From assembly GCF_009914755.1 (NCBI RefSeq), contig NC_060931.1: 64,000 nt of DNA; one strand, written 5' to 3'. A program made the translations under genes and the position numbers. Shown here one piece after another: positions 26,557-38,967 of this stretch (position 1 is the first letter of the stretch; the number at the start of each line of letters is the position of its first letter). The DNA is from the human T2T-CHM13v2.0 reference genome, Homo sapiens. The notes under the pieces were generated by a model, which did not search any database, had not been told where the DNA came from, and saw only the letters and a program-made list of their open reading frames with translations.

Positions 26557-28470
26557 TGATAGTGACAGTAAACAGTCAAATTCCTAGCCAGAAAGGGTCG
26601 TGTCCCCAGTGAAACCTGACCTTAGAGCCAAGGACAGTCTAAAGCCTGAAAACTGAGCTTCCTGTTCCAGGTAGAGTTCACAACCAGAGTGAGGACTTCC
26701 TTGATGCCTTTTAGCCAATTGAATGCTGCTTCTTCCAGGCCCACCCATGGATCAATCAGCATGCACTTTCTCATAAAAGCCTTGGACTCAGCCTCACAGG
26801 TGGCAACCCACTTTTTGTTCCCTTCTCACACAGAGGGCTACCCACTTCTGGGCCCCTCTCATGTCGAGAGCTTTTCTGTCACTCAATAAAATTATCTGCC
26901 TTGCTCACTCTCCAGTGTCCACGTACTTCATTCCTCTTCGTCACGGGACAAGAACCTAGAATCCACTGAACAGTGGGTGCGAAAAGAGCTGTAACATACA
27001 CTCCTGCTTGCTGAGCTACGGGAGTGAAAAAACCGCTGAGTGCCACATGCCCTCATTCTCCAACCTGCAGTGGCAAATCCAAATGAGCTGTGACATGTCC
27101 CCCTTTACTGAGCTGTGAGCAGTGGGACTGAATGTGCTGTGACATGCCCGTTTGCCAAGCTGCAGGAATGAGAGACAGCTGTAACACTTCTTGGGGCCTT
27201 GGACCTTGGAGCTTGGGAGTCCCTGGGCAAGATCTGTAGCATTCCTCAGGGCTGTGCAGTTGCTGGCATCTTTGAGATTTCAGTTGCTACTGCATTCCCC
27301 TCATCCAGATGCTGGTGCCCAAGGTGGAAGCTGGTGGTGGTATGACCGTTCCAGCTGCAGGCTGAGTGTGGATCCCATGGCAGGTGTGGGATCTGGGGCG
27401 GGGAACAAACCAAGTGCAGCCTGCTAGGCTGAGTGGGCAGAGTGAGCCTGGTGGGTCCAAGCAAGGCCCAAGGCAGAGGTCATGGTGGCCACAGAGATTT
27501 CCAGCTGGCAAAAGCAGCACTGAAAGAATCCTGTAACACTAATGTCAGCAAGGGTTGCATTATGAGTCTCAACATACATGCATTCCAGAGATGAATAGAA
27601 ATTCTGGTTACTTATAAATTCTTGAGAAAGAAGCCTGGTACCAGCTGCTGGCTTTAGATAATAGGGAAGTCTAATTACTTCTAAATTTTTCAGATAAGGA
27701 GTTTGACTTTGGATGGTCTGCTTGATGGGCACTAGGCGATTTTTGTCCTCCTAAATTTGAGTAATAAAACTAATTTGGCCTTCAGTACAGCTAGCTCTGA
27801 GTGAATTAAACTCATTCTCTATTGCAATTTTCTGGTCTTGATAAATCAGCTGTGTCTAGGCAGTGGGCAAGGAGAACCCGTTGGATAGTTACAAAACCAA
27901 TACCCCAAAATATGATGTTTTGGCATGTTGAACTGAAGAAACCTCAAGGCCTCTCTGACCTCCCCCATTATTTAATCAATCTGCCCCATGTTAGTGATAT
28001 TCAGTGAAACTTCAGGGGGCCAAAGGCCATGGCCCCCACAAAAGCAAAGCTTCATTTAAACACTATCTTTTCAAAAGAAATACATTGGTGCTGTAGCCAA
28101 TAATACCCTGAATTTAAAGTTTCTCCTTAAATTTAAAACTTCTAAGACAAGCTTAATTTACCAACTCCAAAACATAGGTACTAAAACTTTTTAGTCTCTT
28201 GGATTGTTAGAGTCCAGATCTTAACTGGATTTTTTTTTTCTTTCCCGATTTAAATGTTCTACAATTTAATAGCTGAACTATGTTTTATATGTGATGAAAT
28301 ATTGATGATAATTTAAGACACCTTCAACCTAAGAACTAGAAACATGACTATTAAACAATTGTCACATCAGCATTTATGATTTTATTTCTGGTCATTTTAT
28401 TTATTTAAAAGCACAGTGAGGTCAGAAGGAAAGCTCAAGAATGGGGAGCAGGGTACAGTGGATTTTGGAG

Positions 28471-29181
28471 TGTGAAGGAAATAAAAAATTTTACCCCAAA
28501 ATATATTAATTTGGCATATTTTTAAGTGGCCCTGCAAAGCTGTCTTCTGTGGGGGAAATTTGCATTTGTAGATGTGCAGAGAATCTACATTAATGCAGCC
28601 AGCCCGTCTCTTATTCAGATTAACTGAGAAAGATTAACTGAGTCTGAAACATTCAAAAGTCTGAAAAAGACTCTTACCATCTATTCTCTCCAAGGGCTGC
28701 TGCCTGTGAAGCAAAGCTTCATCTATATAACAACGCCACCTTTACTAGCTAAGCTTCCTGTTTCCTCCCTCCCAGAATCTGTCTTGCCACTAAGACCTGA
28801 TTTACCAGCATAACCTGTTTTGGGCCATGTTCTGAGCCCACATTCCTTCTGCAACCTCAAGATGATGCATAAGCATCTGTACCACACTGGGGGTAAAATC
28901 TTCATTCTGAAGTCTCCTATGCATACATATTACATAAATTTATATGCCCTTTTTTTTTTATTATTAATCTGCCCTTTGCAAGTTGGTTTTTTTCAGCAGA
29001 CCTCCAGAGGGCCAAGGGTGAAGCCATCTTTACAAAAATTACAACGGAGGAAATTATGACAATGAAAGAGATCAGACCTAACCAACTCCATCTTGCTTCT
29101 AACCTTTAAGCTGTCCTTGTTCGTTCCTGGGCATAGGCTGAACTAACCTTTAACTCTGAAACAAAAATGATACTAGCCCTT

Positions 29182-29227
<46 letters not shown>

Positions 29228-29776
29228 CTTGTCTGAGGACCAGTCTGCCTTTGTAGGACTAACAAATTAGCTACAAGATTAGAAATTAAGGTTTAGGGGT
29301 CACGCAGCCTCCAGCTGCAACAGTCTGAACATCCCCAAATTGCCCCTGGGAATAACATCACTATTGTAAATCCTAAGATCAGTGCTTGAGATATTTTGCA
29401 GACCCTGCACTTGATGGATCACCTGACACCACCCAGAAGGGTAATGTAGTTCATCCAGTTCTATGATCCCACCCTGGGACAGAAGACAGCAAGGAAAACT
29501 CACTTCGACCCCTATAATTCTATCTCCAGCCTGAGCAGTTGGCATGCCCCACTTCCTGAGCCCCTACCCGCCAAATTATCCTTAAAAACTCTGATTCCCT
29601 AGTGCTTGGGGAGATCAATTTGAATAGTAATAAAACTCTGGTCTCCCACACGGCCAGCTCTGCGTGAACTACTCTTTCTCCATTACAATTCCCCTGTCTT
29701 GATAAATCAGCTCTGTCTAGGCACTGGGCAAAGTGAACCTGTTGGGTGGTTATAAGGGTTCCCCTTGGTCCCTACA
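28471..29776 (+). mobile_element. MER4-group ERV1 LTR (LTR49-like), split by LTR8
   Basis: Start tgtgaaggaaataaaaaattttaccccaaaatatat. Resumes after LTR8 as ttccccttggtccctaca. Confidence 0.6.
29019..29754 (+). mobile_element. LTR8 solo LTR with an internal A37 run
   Basis: LTR8 start and end motifs. TSD AGGG at 29015-18 and 29755-58. Confidence 0.85.
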
Positions 29777-30004
29777 GTTGGAAAAATTGACCTAGTTATT
29801 TGCCATTTCTCATCAAAATGATTGTTAAGTAAAATTTATAGAAAGCTATTATTTGAACTGGGCTTCTGCACTACGCCCAACAGGCCAAACCAAAATGAAG
29901 TTACTTATGCCAAAATGAAGTTATTTATGCCGAAGTTCAAAGCCACCAAGCCAAAACTAAGTTGTTTATCAGATCTTTCAAGAAATCAGGAGAGAGATTA
30001 TAGC

Positions 30005-30946
30005 TGCAGGGGACAGGGGAAAACCTTCCCTTCACCCTCTGAAGTTTCACTGAAAAGTCAACTTACAAAAAACAAATTGAAGAAAAAGCATACAGATTTG
30101 TTAGCAATCATACAAGGGAGAACTACAATGTAATTACCCTACCCTGGAATGGTGTTCAGATGTTTTTATAACATCTTGAGGTTACAGAAAGAATAAGGGC
30201 TTGGATTGCTGGCAAAACAGGTTAAGGTGGTGATACAGTTTGGCTCTATGTCCCCACCCAAATCTCATCTTGTAGCTTCCATAATTCCCATGTGTTGTGG
30301 GAAGGACTTGGTGGGAGATAATTGAATTATGAGGGTGGGTCTTTCCCATGCTATTCTCATGATAGTGGATAAATCTCACAAGATCTGATGGTTTTAAAAA
30401 TGGGAGCTTTCCTGCACAAGCTCTCTTTCTCTTTGCCTGCTGCTATCCATGTAAGACGTGACTTGCTCCTCTTTGCCGTCTGCCATTATTGTGAGGCCTC
30501 CCCAGTCACGTGGAACTGTAAGATGATTAAAAATCTTTTTCTTCCCAGTCTCGGGTATGTCTTTAACAGCAGCATGCAAATGGACTAATACAGGTGGTAA
30601 AGCAGGATATGAGAGGGGGAGAAGAGGAGGCCTGTCTAACAAAGATAGTCTTGCTATGTAAATGAAACCTACCCTCTCTGAGGATAGCAGCCCTCAGAGA
30701 GAATAGATAGTAAATGCTTTTAAAAACCTTTAAAGGTGTTGAACTCTCAGTTAATTTTTCCTTGATCCAGACAAGGAGAGGCCTCAGAGAAAACCTGGGC
30801 TCACTAATGTAGATATTCTACAGATGCAAATCTCTCCTACAAAAGATAACCCTTCAGGGTTATGTCAGTTTGCTCTCTCTCTGAACAGCCATCTCAAAAT
30901 ATGTCAAAGAAATCTATTTTGGGGTAAAATATTTTTATTTCCATCA
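30005..30946 (-). mobile_element. MER4-group LTR inserted in the MER31-like 5' LTR
   Basis: The right end is a reverse-complement relative of the start of the 28471 LTR. Flanks are TAGC and TACC. Confidence 0.6.
30231..30592 (+). mobile_element. THE1B-like MaLR solo LTR
   Basis: tgatacagtttggctct...aatggactaataca with a 5-bp TSD GGTGG. Confidence 0.9.
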
Positions 30947-31720
30947 TACCAGAATCTCCAAACAGGCCAGTTTTAGCCAGCATGATAAGGAAGTAACCTT
31001 TACAAGGAAAGCAATTTCAAAACACCAATTGTCTTTTTGTTCTCTGTTTCTGCTATCTTTAGCACTTTTCTGTCTATAAAGCCAAATAACTTTGCTCAGT
31101 TCATCAGGACATTCATTTTATTTTATCGAATAATGTGTTGTCTGATTCTAAAATTGCAAATAAAAGCCAATTAGGATATTTAAACTAAGTTTATTGTAAT
31201 TTTGTCTTTTGACAGTATCTGGTTACCAGAAGAAGGGGACCCAAAATGCTGCTGAAAATTTATGAGACTTATTGAGGAACACAGGAGAGCCTCCATTGAC
31301 CCCTTCATGGATCCCCTTTCTTCCTTATGGACCGCTACATGCTGCAACTTCATTTTGGATCAGACTCTGTTCTTCTTGCATTGAGTGTTCCCCCAACCCA
31401 GATCTTTTTGGCCTTTGAATCCAGGCTTAGATTGTGCTGTAAAAGAGAGTACCAACCTTGGGGTGTGTGGTTGACAAGTCACTGATAAGAGTGAAAGTCA
31501 CAACAGAAACAGGATTGGGTTCTGTAGGGAGGCCTCAGGTGTTTGACTAAGTCAGGCAGAAACTAGCAGTAAATGGCAATTACCGCCAGAAGTATGAACT
31601 TTGGCTTTTGAAAGTTTTCAGAAATGTGTTTTTTTCTTGCATGCTTAGGTAGAGAAAAATTATTAGCTATGTTGGTCAAGGCAATCTCAGAGCCAAAGAC
31701 ACAAACTTGACTGGTGGGCA

Positions 31721-32478
31721 TGCTAGTGGCAGCAAATTTGTGCAGGTCTGGAGCAACCTCAATTCTTGCTTCATCAGAAGAAAGAATTCAACTGAAGGGG
31801 CATAAGGCAGAAAAAGAGACTGAGGCAACTTTCAGAGCAGGAGTGCAAGTTTATTAAAAAGCTTTAGAGCAGGAAAGAAAGGAAAGTACATTTGGAAGAG
31901 ATTCAAGTGGGCAGTGTGAAGGCAAGTGCCCCATTTAAACTTGATCCTAAGACTTTTATGTGCTGGCCCACTTCTGACCTCTTGCATCCCTTTCCCTACA
32001 TTCTTTCTGAAGGGTGAGCTGCCCACATGTGCAGTGCCCTCCTTATGCTTGGGAGGTGAGCATGCACAGTGTGTTTAGGAAGTTATATGCATGCCCACCT
32101 GGGTTTTCCCTTTTCTGGTGGAATGCCCCCAGAAAGCCATACTCTGCTATTTTGTCTCTTAATGCGCATGCCTGAGCTCACTTGGCCAATTCCTGAGATT
32201 TTATTGGAAGCTGATTACCAATGTCAAGTGTTTTTATCTGTTTGGGAAATTGCTTCTCCCTGCTGCCTGCAATTAATTATCACTTTAGTTTGAAAACTGT
32301 CAACCATCAGGAAGTTGCTTCTCCCTGGCACTGGCTGCCAATTATCATTTTTAGAGAGCTACTGTGATAGCTGCTGAATGGTCACCTGATGATTGCCTGA
32401 CGTTCCTGGTGGGGATAGGGGTGGGGGTGGGTAGAACCGTCTCCTGCCACGCTCATACCTGACTAATTACCAGTAACA
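31721..32478 (-). mobile_element. MER50-family solo LTR
   Basis: Reverse-complement relative of 33319-34015. TG...CA ends and TSD GGCA. Confidence 0.8.
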
Positions 32479-33318
32479 GGCATGGAATAGGCACCTAAGA
32501 GGTATTGGAGCAGTCACCACCAAAATAAGACTCCCATGGTCACAAAAATGGGTTAGTTGATGTAGGTCACCCATCAGCTTCAAGAAAACTTTGCGCAATG
32601 AGGTACTCTGTGAAAGTATTAGAATACACAATGCTCTGGTCTTTTCATCATAGGATTTTATCTCTGCTCTGATTGACCCAAGGGCCAGAATAAAAACAAG
32701 ATCCTTAATTTCTAAAGAACTGACCACTCCACTTTCCAGCTATGCCTGCTTTTTATACGTATAAATATTAGGCACTGGTAGCCTCAAATTTTTAAAGGCA
32801 AAATCTTTTTTAAGATAATGGAGAATTACAATGGCCATTATATAGAACCTCCCAGATGAAGAATACTGTACTTTAAAAAGTGCACTTAAAAATGAGGGGT
32901 ACCAAATTAGGCTTACCCAGGGATTCCTATTGATGTGTGGAAGCCTCTAGAAAGATTTCAGTACAATTTTTATTGCATCTTTTAAAAGACTTGTTTACAA
33001 AAGGCAATTAAAAAGCTTAAGAGACTAATTGATTTAAAAAATTGAATCTGTCAACCTTTAGCGTAGTTACTATTCCTCCCTAAAGGAATAAAGAAAGCTA
33101 AATAAAAAGTAATTTTGGCCCTCATGTAAAGAAGGTTTTCTTCCTTTTCAGAGTTATCCATGTGGAGTCCAGGCATAGAAAATGCTTGTTTGCCCTATTC
33201 ATTAATGGAGCCCACCCTAAATAAACTGAGTAATCTAGAATCTAAGTTCTGGATTACTGAATCTAGAATTTAGAATTCTGTTTTAAAAGCAGAAGATTCT
33301 GTTTCCTAAAACAGAAAC

Positions 33319-35525
33319 TGTTAGAGTAGGTAGCTAGGCAGACATGTGCAGGGCAAGAGAGGCCTTCCCCTGACAGGAATGTCAGGGGGCCATCAGGTGA
33401 TCAGACAGCTTGTTCAACTGTCTTTCTAAAATAATAATTGGTCGCACCTGGTGCCAGGAAAGGGCAGTCTCACAATAGAAAACACCTGAACCTGGTGAGC
33501 AGCAGCTTCCTGGTAAGATCTTAGGAGTTGGGTAAGTGGGCTCAAGTATCCACACTAAGAGGCAAAATGGTAGAGTTTAACTGCTACATGACCTTCCTCT
33601 AGGAACCCTCAGCTGGTAAAGGAAAACCACCTCAAATGAGCATACGCACAACTTCAGGAAACACTGTGCATGCTGCCCCTCCCAAGTGCTAGCAGGCAAC
33701 TGTGCACATGGACAACCCAGCCCAAGGTAGAATCAAGGGAGAAGAAACAAACCCTGGAACCATGCCAATGTATAAAACCCCCAAGTCAAGGGTTGGACAA
33801 GGCACTTGGATCACTTAAATTGACCGCTTGGCCCTTTTCCAAGGGCACTTCATATCCTTTTGTTTCTGCTCTAAAACTTTTTAGTAAACTTTCATTCCTG
33901 CTCCAAAACTTGTCTTGGTTTCTCCCTCTACCTTAGGCCCCTCAGTTGAATTCTTTCCTCCAAGGAGGCAAGAATCCAGTTGCTACACATGCATATGTAT
34001 TTGCTGCAACTAACATACTTTGGTGTTGTGACTCAGATACGTTACCTAGTTGTAAGATCTCTCTCTGCCTTGCCTCCTTTGCCTGGAGTTATTCAATCCC
34101 CATATGAGGTTTCCTTCTCCCCCTTTGCTCTCCTGCTTACTAACCAACCCTCAGGATGATTTCTGTCAGTCACAGTGGCTCTACTTCCCCTGGCTGATCT
34201 CTCAGCTCACCCTGACAGTGACTCACAGGAGTAGAAAGAACCTTGGAGTCTGCACTGAGTAGACCTGAGACACTCATGGCCCTGCTGGACAGGAGGCTCA
34301 TGAGAATGGTAGGTCTAAAGCCTAACACTGTGCAACGTCTGGGGTTTCCTCTGATTTATCAACTAAAATAAACTCTTTCCAAAAAACCTGCACTGCGTAT
34401 TCTCCTGTTTTCTCTGTGTATATTTTGAAATGGGCTTGAAAACCCACAAGGCTATTCACCTTAGGGACAAGTCTGCCTATTCTCTGCTTTCACTTTACGT
34501 GCCTTATGACTTCCTTCTCTGCCTGAAACATACACTGTTATTCATGGTGTAGCTCGTGCTGTGTTTGTGCAGCAGCAAAGAAACAGGCTCTCTTAAGGAT
34601 GTCTTTTGGCTCACTGCCAGGAAAGACATTAATTGGAACCCTGGCTCTGCCAGCTCCTTATGATTCACCATATATCTTTTGTCCCTGTTATTCTTCAGGG
34701 CCAAGTTTTTTTGGCTTTTGGTGAAATTTGTCTGCCTTCATAGGATCTCCGTCTGTGGCCATTTAAGGACCCCACCTACTTGCTTTTTTTGAGCCAGCAC
34801 CCCTTTGGGAGGAGGGAAAATTATTCCTTTGCCATTTGCGAGCCCTTATCCCAAGCCCCAAGTCATTCAGAATTTCCTCCTTTATGTCAAGAGGGCAAAT
34901 CAACATTGCCCTCTCGAATCCAAGGGATGCTGTTTTTGTGAGTGTATGGAAGCTTTCTATGAGTATTCTTCTTGCTTTCTCCCACTTCCTCCTGCAGCAG
35001 AGGAATTGTCCTGTCTGTTTAAGCATTTGTCTTCTGCATGTTACTCCAACAGGACATGGAACCTCAAATACAAATTTTCCTCCATTTCTCTAATTACCTC
35101 CACATCTTTCTCAACACTCGACTTGTAAGGGAAAAAGGCTTCTTAAATGAGCACGTACATAACTTCAGTAAACACACTGCACATGTGTCCCCTCCCAAGT
35201 GCTGGCAGGCCACTGCACATGCAAACAGCCCACTCCAAGAAAGAATCAGGAGAGAAGAAAAACAAATAACAGAAACATGACAATGTATAAAACCCCAAGT
35301 CAAAGATTGGACAAGGCACCTGGACAGCTCAAGTTGCCCACTTGGCCCTCTTCCAAGTATACTTTACTTCCTTTTGTTCCTGCTCTAAAACTTTTTAATA
35401 AATTTTCACTCCTGCTCTAAAATTTGCCATTCTTGCTCTGCCTTATGCACCTGGGTAGAATTCTTTTCTCTAAGAAGGCAAGAATCAAGTTGCTGCAGAC
35501 CCGTATGGATGCACCACTGCTAACA
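33319..35525 (+). mobile_element. MER50-like deleted provirus (5' LTR 33319-34015, leader, partial 3' LTR ~35120-35525)
   Basis: Start tgttagagtaggtag. PBS-His-like tggtgttgtgactcagat at 34021-38. The LTR 3' portion is repeated. TSD AAAC. Confidence 0.8.
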
Positions 35526-36148
35526 AAACCAAGTTAAACAGAACACCTATGGAACTAAATTAGGCTCAAAAATGTAACTTTTTAACATTTAGCTATTTTG
35601 AAACTCTTTTGAAAAAAAGATATATCTATGAAGGAAAATGAGCAGAAATTCTTACAATGGGGGAGAGCATTGGTCTAAGCAAACCTCACCTTTGACCATT
35701 TTATTTTAACTGTGCTTCCTACCTATACTTTTCTTTGTCTAGGCAAATAATGGCATTTAGGCCGGAAATTTAACTTATGTGCCTTTGAGATGTAAATTTT
35801 CTAACTTGTTCTATATAAGATCTTTATCTTTAGAAATGCAAACTTAGGAAACTTTTTACATAGTTATTAAAAATGGAATGAATATAATCGACAGTAATGG
35901 GGTTAAAACAGAGGTCAAATCTACCAAAGATTGTATGGAACAGAGGGACCCCCAGCTTGTCCCCTGAAATCACACTTCCCAAGCCAGTCTACTCTCTTTA
36001 TACTAGTTTGGAGAAATTTACAAAGCCAAAGGGCACAGATTACAGTGAGCAACCTAGATAAGAATTGCTTAGGGCAATAATCAAGTAGTTCATTCAAGAA
36101 AGGGAAACATCTTCCTTAACTCCTCATCTGCAATGGGTATAACAGTCA

Positions 36149-36840
36149 TTATACCTGTTGCAAAAAAATTACACCTGAGAAAATTATGACAGTGAGAGAA
36201 ATATGACATGCTTGACTCTAACTTGTCTTTAGTCTCATATGTTGGCTGTCTTCACTCATTCCTTGGGATGGGCCAAACTTTGGAGGTAATTCAGTTTATA
36301 GTTGAAATAATAGCCCTTTTGAAAATCAAAACTCTCCTTGTAAAACTAATGAAAGGCCACCAAGTTAGGATGAGAGGGGTTTGAATTCTAAATAACTTCC
36401 AGCCATTATTCTAGAGGTCATAAGATTTCCAACTTACCCAATTACTCTTGAAGACAACATCACTATTATAGAACCTAAGATTGGCCTTTTGAGATGTCTC
36501 TTCAGGTTTTTGCACTTCTGACAACAAGATGGCCCCACCTGGACCTGCCAACCAGTCCTGTGCCCCACAACCAGGAACTGACTCAGCATAAAAGGACAGT
36601 TTTTGACTCCCTATGATTTCATCCCCAAGCCAACCAATCAGCACTCCCAACTCACTGGCCCCCAACCCACCAAATTATTCTTAAAAACTCTGATCTCTCA
36701 GAGAGACTGATTTGAGTAATAAAACTCCAGTCTCCCATACAGCTGGCTCTGCATGAATTGAGCTCTTTATTGCAATTTCCCTGTCTCAATTAATCGGCTC
36801 TGTCTAGGCAGCAGGCAAGGAGAACCCATTGGGTGATACA
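36149..36840 (+). mobile_element. LTR8A/B-like solo LTR
   Basis: Colinear with the other LTR8 copies. Ends ggagaacccattgggtgataca. TSD GTCA. Confidence 0.8.
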
Positions 36841-37412
36841 GTCAAGGATGAGAGAGATTCTTAGAGTAAATAATTTTTGAAAAGACTGAAAGAATGGTTT
36901 GTGACAAGGTCTTTATGAGTGTGCCAAAGTCTCCTCTCCCATGATGAAGTTAATCTTCCCTGGTTACTGGAATTCCCTGGGGAGAGAATTAATGACAATA
37001 GAGTTTTTTTTTTTGGAGGATTTCTCTTTTGGCAGATGAGAGAAATTCAGAAAGCCCCACCCTGCATTTTACTATTTTTCAAGTGCCTTTAGTTCGAATT
37101 ACAAGCATATCTCAGAGACATTGTGTACTCAGTTCTACGCTATAGAAATAAAGCAAGTATCACAAGAACATGAGTTACACAATTTTTTGGTTATGCAGTG
37201 TATATAAGTTATATTTATACTGTACTATAGTCTATTAATTATGCAATATCATTATTTCTAGAAATACAATGTACATTCCTTAATTTAAAAATACTTTATT
37301 GCTAAAAAATGTTAGCTATCATCTGAGCCTTCAGCAAGTCAATCTTTGCTGTTAGAGGGTCCTGCCTTGACGATGATGGATGCTCACTGATCAAGGTGGT
37401 AGTAGCTAAAGG

Positions 37413-38374
37413 TAAGAACAGAGACCCCACTTAGGGGTTTGCCAGCCCCCCACCAACCCCAAGAAAATAACCACATGAAAATAAAGGAAAATTCTTGCTT
37501 TCCAAGGAAATTCCAGCTAGCCTTGAGAATTAAAGAACCCAATAAGGAAGAAGATATTAATAGCTTAAACAAGCTATTTAGTTTATAATTTGTTTATAGC
37601 TTTTGGGAAGAACTATTATTTAAACTACAAAGTAAGTAGCTTAAACAAGTCACCCAAGCAAGTCAACGTCTCAGAGTGTTTTGGTTCTCTAGAGAAACTA
37701 AAAGATACATTCGTTCTTGAGTTATTTTTCAGAAATCAGGATGTTCACCAGATGGAAAATGATGACCGCTGTCACCTAGATCTCAGATAAAAGAGAACTG
37801 AGGACTGGACTCTGGCTGCCAGTCTTTGTTCTGAGTTTCTCCTTGAGGGACCTGGAAAGAGTCACACCTTCAAGCCATTATTCTTACTAACCTGGTTGCT
37901 CTGACCCAGTAAATTATGGCTTGTTCTCCTGGCCTGACTCTGGCATGGCACCCTATAATGATTAACAGTTTCCCCTATCTTAACTAACCTATGTTAAGCC
38001 CAAACCTTCACATTTCTTTCCGTCAACCACAAGTTTTTGAACAAAGCCTTGCTTCCTTAATTGCAAATCAAAGAATCTCTGAATCTTCCTATAATCTGTA
38101 AGCCCCTGCTTCAAGAAATCCTACTTTTTGGGACCAAACCAATGTATAACCTTCATGTATTATGATTTTGCCTATTACTTCTGCTCTCCTGAAATGTGCA
38201 CCTGCCTAATAAACTCTTACTTGTAAGCCATCAGAAACTTCTTCTTAAGCATTAACTGCCTGTCCTTCTTGCTTGGCACCCTGCAATAAATGCCCATCTT
38301 TCTCTAGCTGCAAACGTTGGTATCATTTGGCTTTCTGGTGCCAGGCAAGCAAATACAAGTTCAGTTCAATAAGA
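37413..38374 (+). mobile_element. ERV1 solo LTR (MER72-like)
   Basis: cagagaccccacttagggg start, caataaatgcc and agttcagttcaataa end. Flanks AAGG/AAGA interrupt contiguous Tigger1 sequence. Confidence 0.6.
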
Positions 38375-38653
38375 AAGATTGGTATGGCTGTGGAAATAAG
38401 GCAACAGTGAAGTTTGCCGGTTCGATTGACCATTTCATGCACTTATTTCTCTGTAGCATATGCTCCTGTTTGACAGCATTTTACCTATAGCAGAACTTCT
38501 TCCCAAATTGGAGTCAAGCCTCTCAAACTCTGCCTCTGCTTTGTTAACGAAGGTGTTGTAATATTCTATATCTTGTTATTTCAATAATGTTTACATCATC
38601 TTTACCAGGAGTAGATTCCCTCTCAAGAAGCCACTTTCTTTGCTCATCCTTAA

Positions 38654-38967
<314 letters not shown>

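Larger units (their letters stand above)
20291..27538 (+). mobile_element. Defective ERV1 (gamma-like) provirus with LTR28-like LTRs (HUERS-P group)
   Basis: Two ~1-kb direct LTRs (20291-21287 and 26557-27538, TGAT...TAACA), a PBS, a PPT, and gag/pro/pol/env remnants. Confidence 0.9.
19976..27754 (-). mobile_element. MER84-like ERV1 LTR, split (19976-20290 and 27539-27754)
   Basis: The halves join as tagacattttggtg...tgtcagcaagggttgca. Flanked by ATTTG at 19971-75 and 27755-59. Minus-strand AATAAA at ~20074. Confidence 0.65.
19384..27893 (+). mobile_element. LTR8 solo LTR, split (19384-19975 and 27755-27893)
   Basis: Start tgaaaccacctttgcaaaaatt and end ggagaacccgttggatagttaca. TSD AAAC on both sides. 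Colinear with the unsplit LTR8 at 29019-29754. Confidence 0.85.
19367..28040 (+). mobile_element. MER39-group LTR, outermost shell (pieces 19367-19383 and 27894-28040)
   Basis: tgttgaggctcaaaaac joins to caataccccaaaatatg...gaagaaacctcaaggcc and ends ggcccccaca. TSD AAAG at 19363-66 and 28041-44. Confidence 0.65.
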
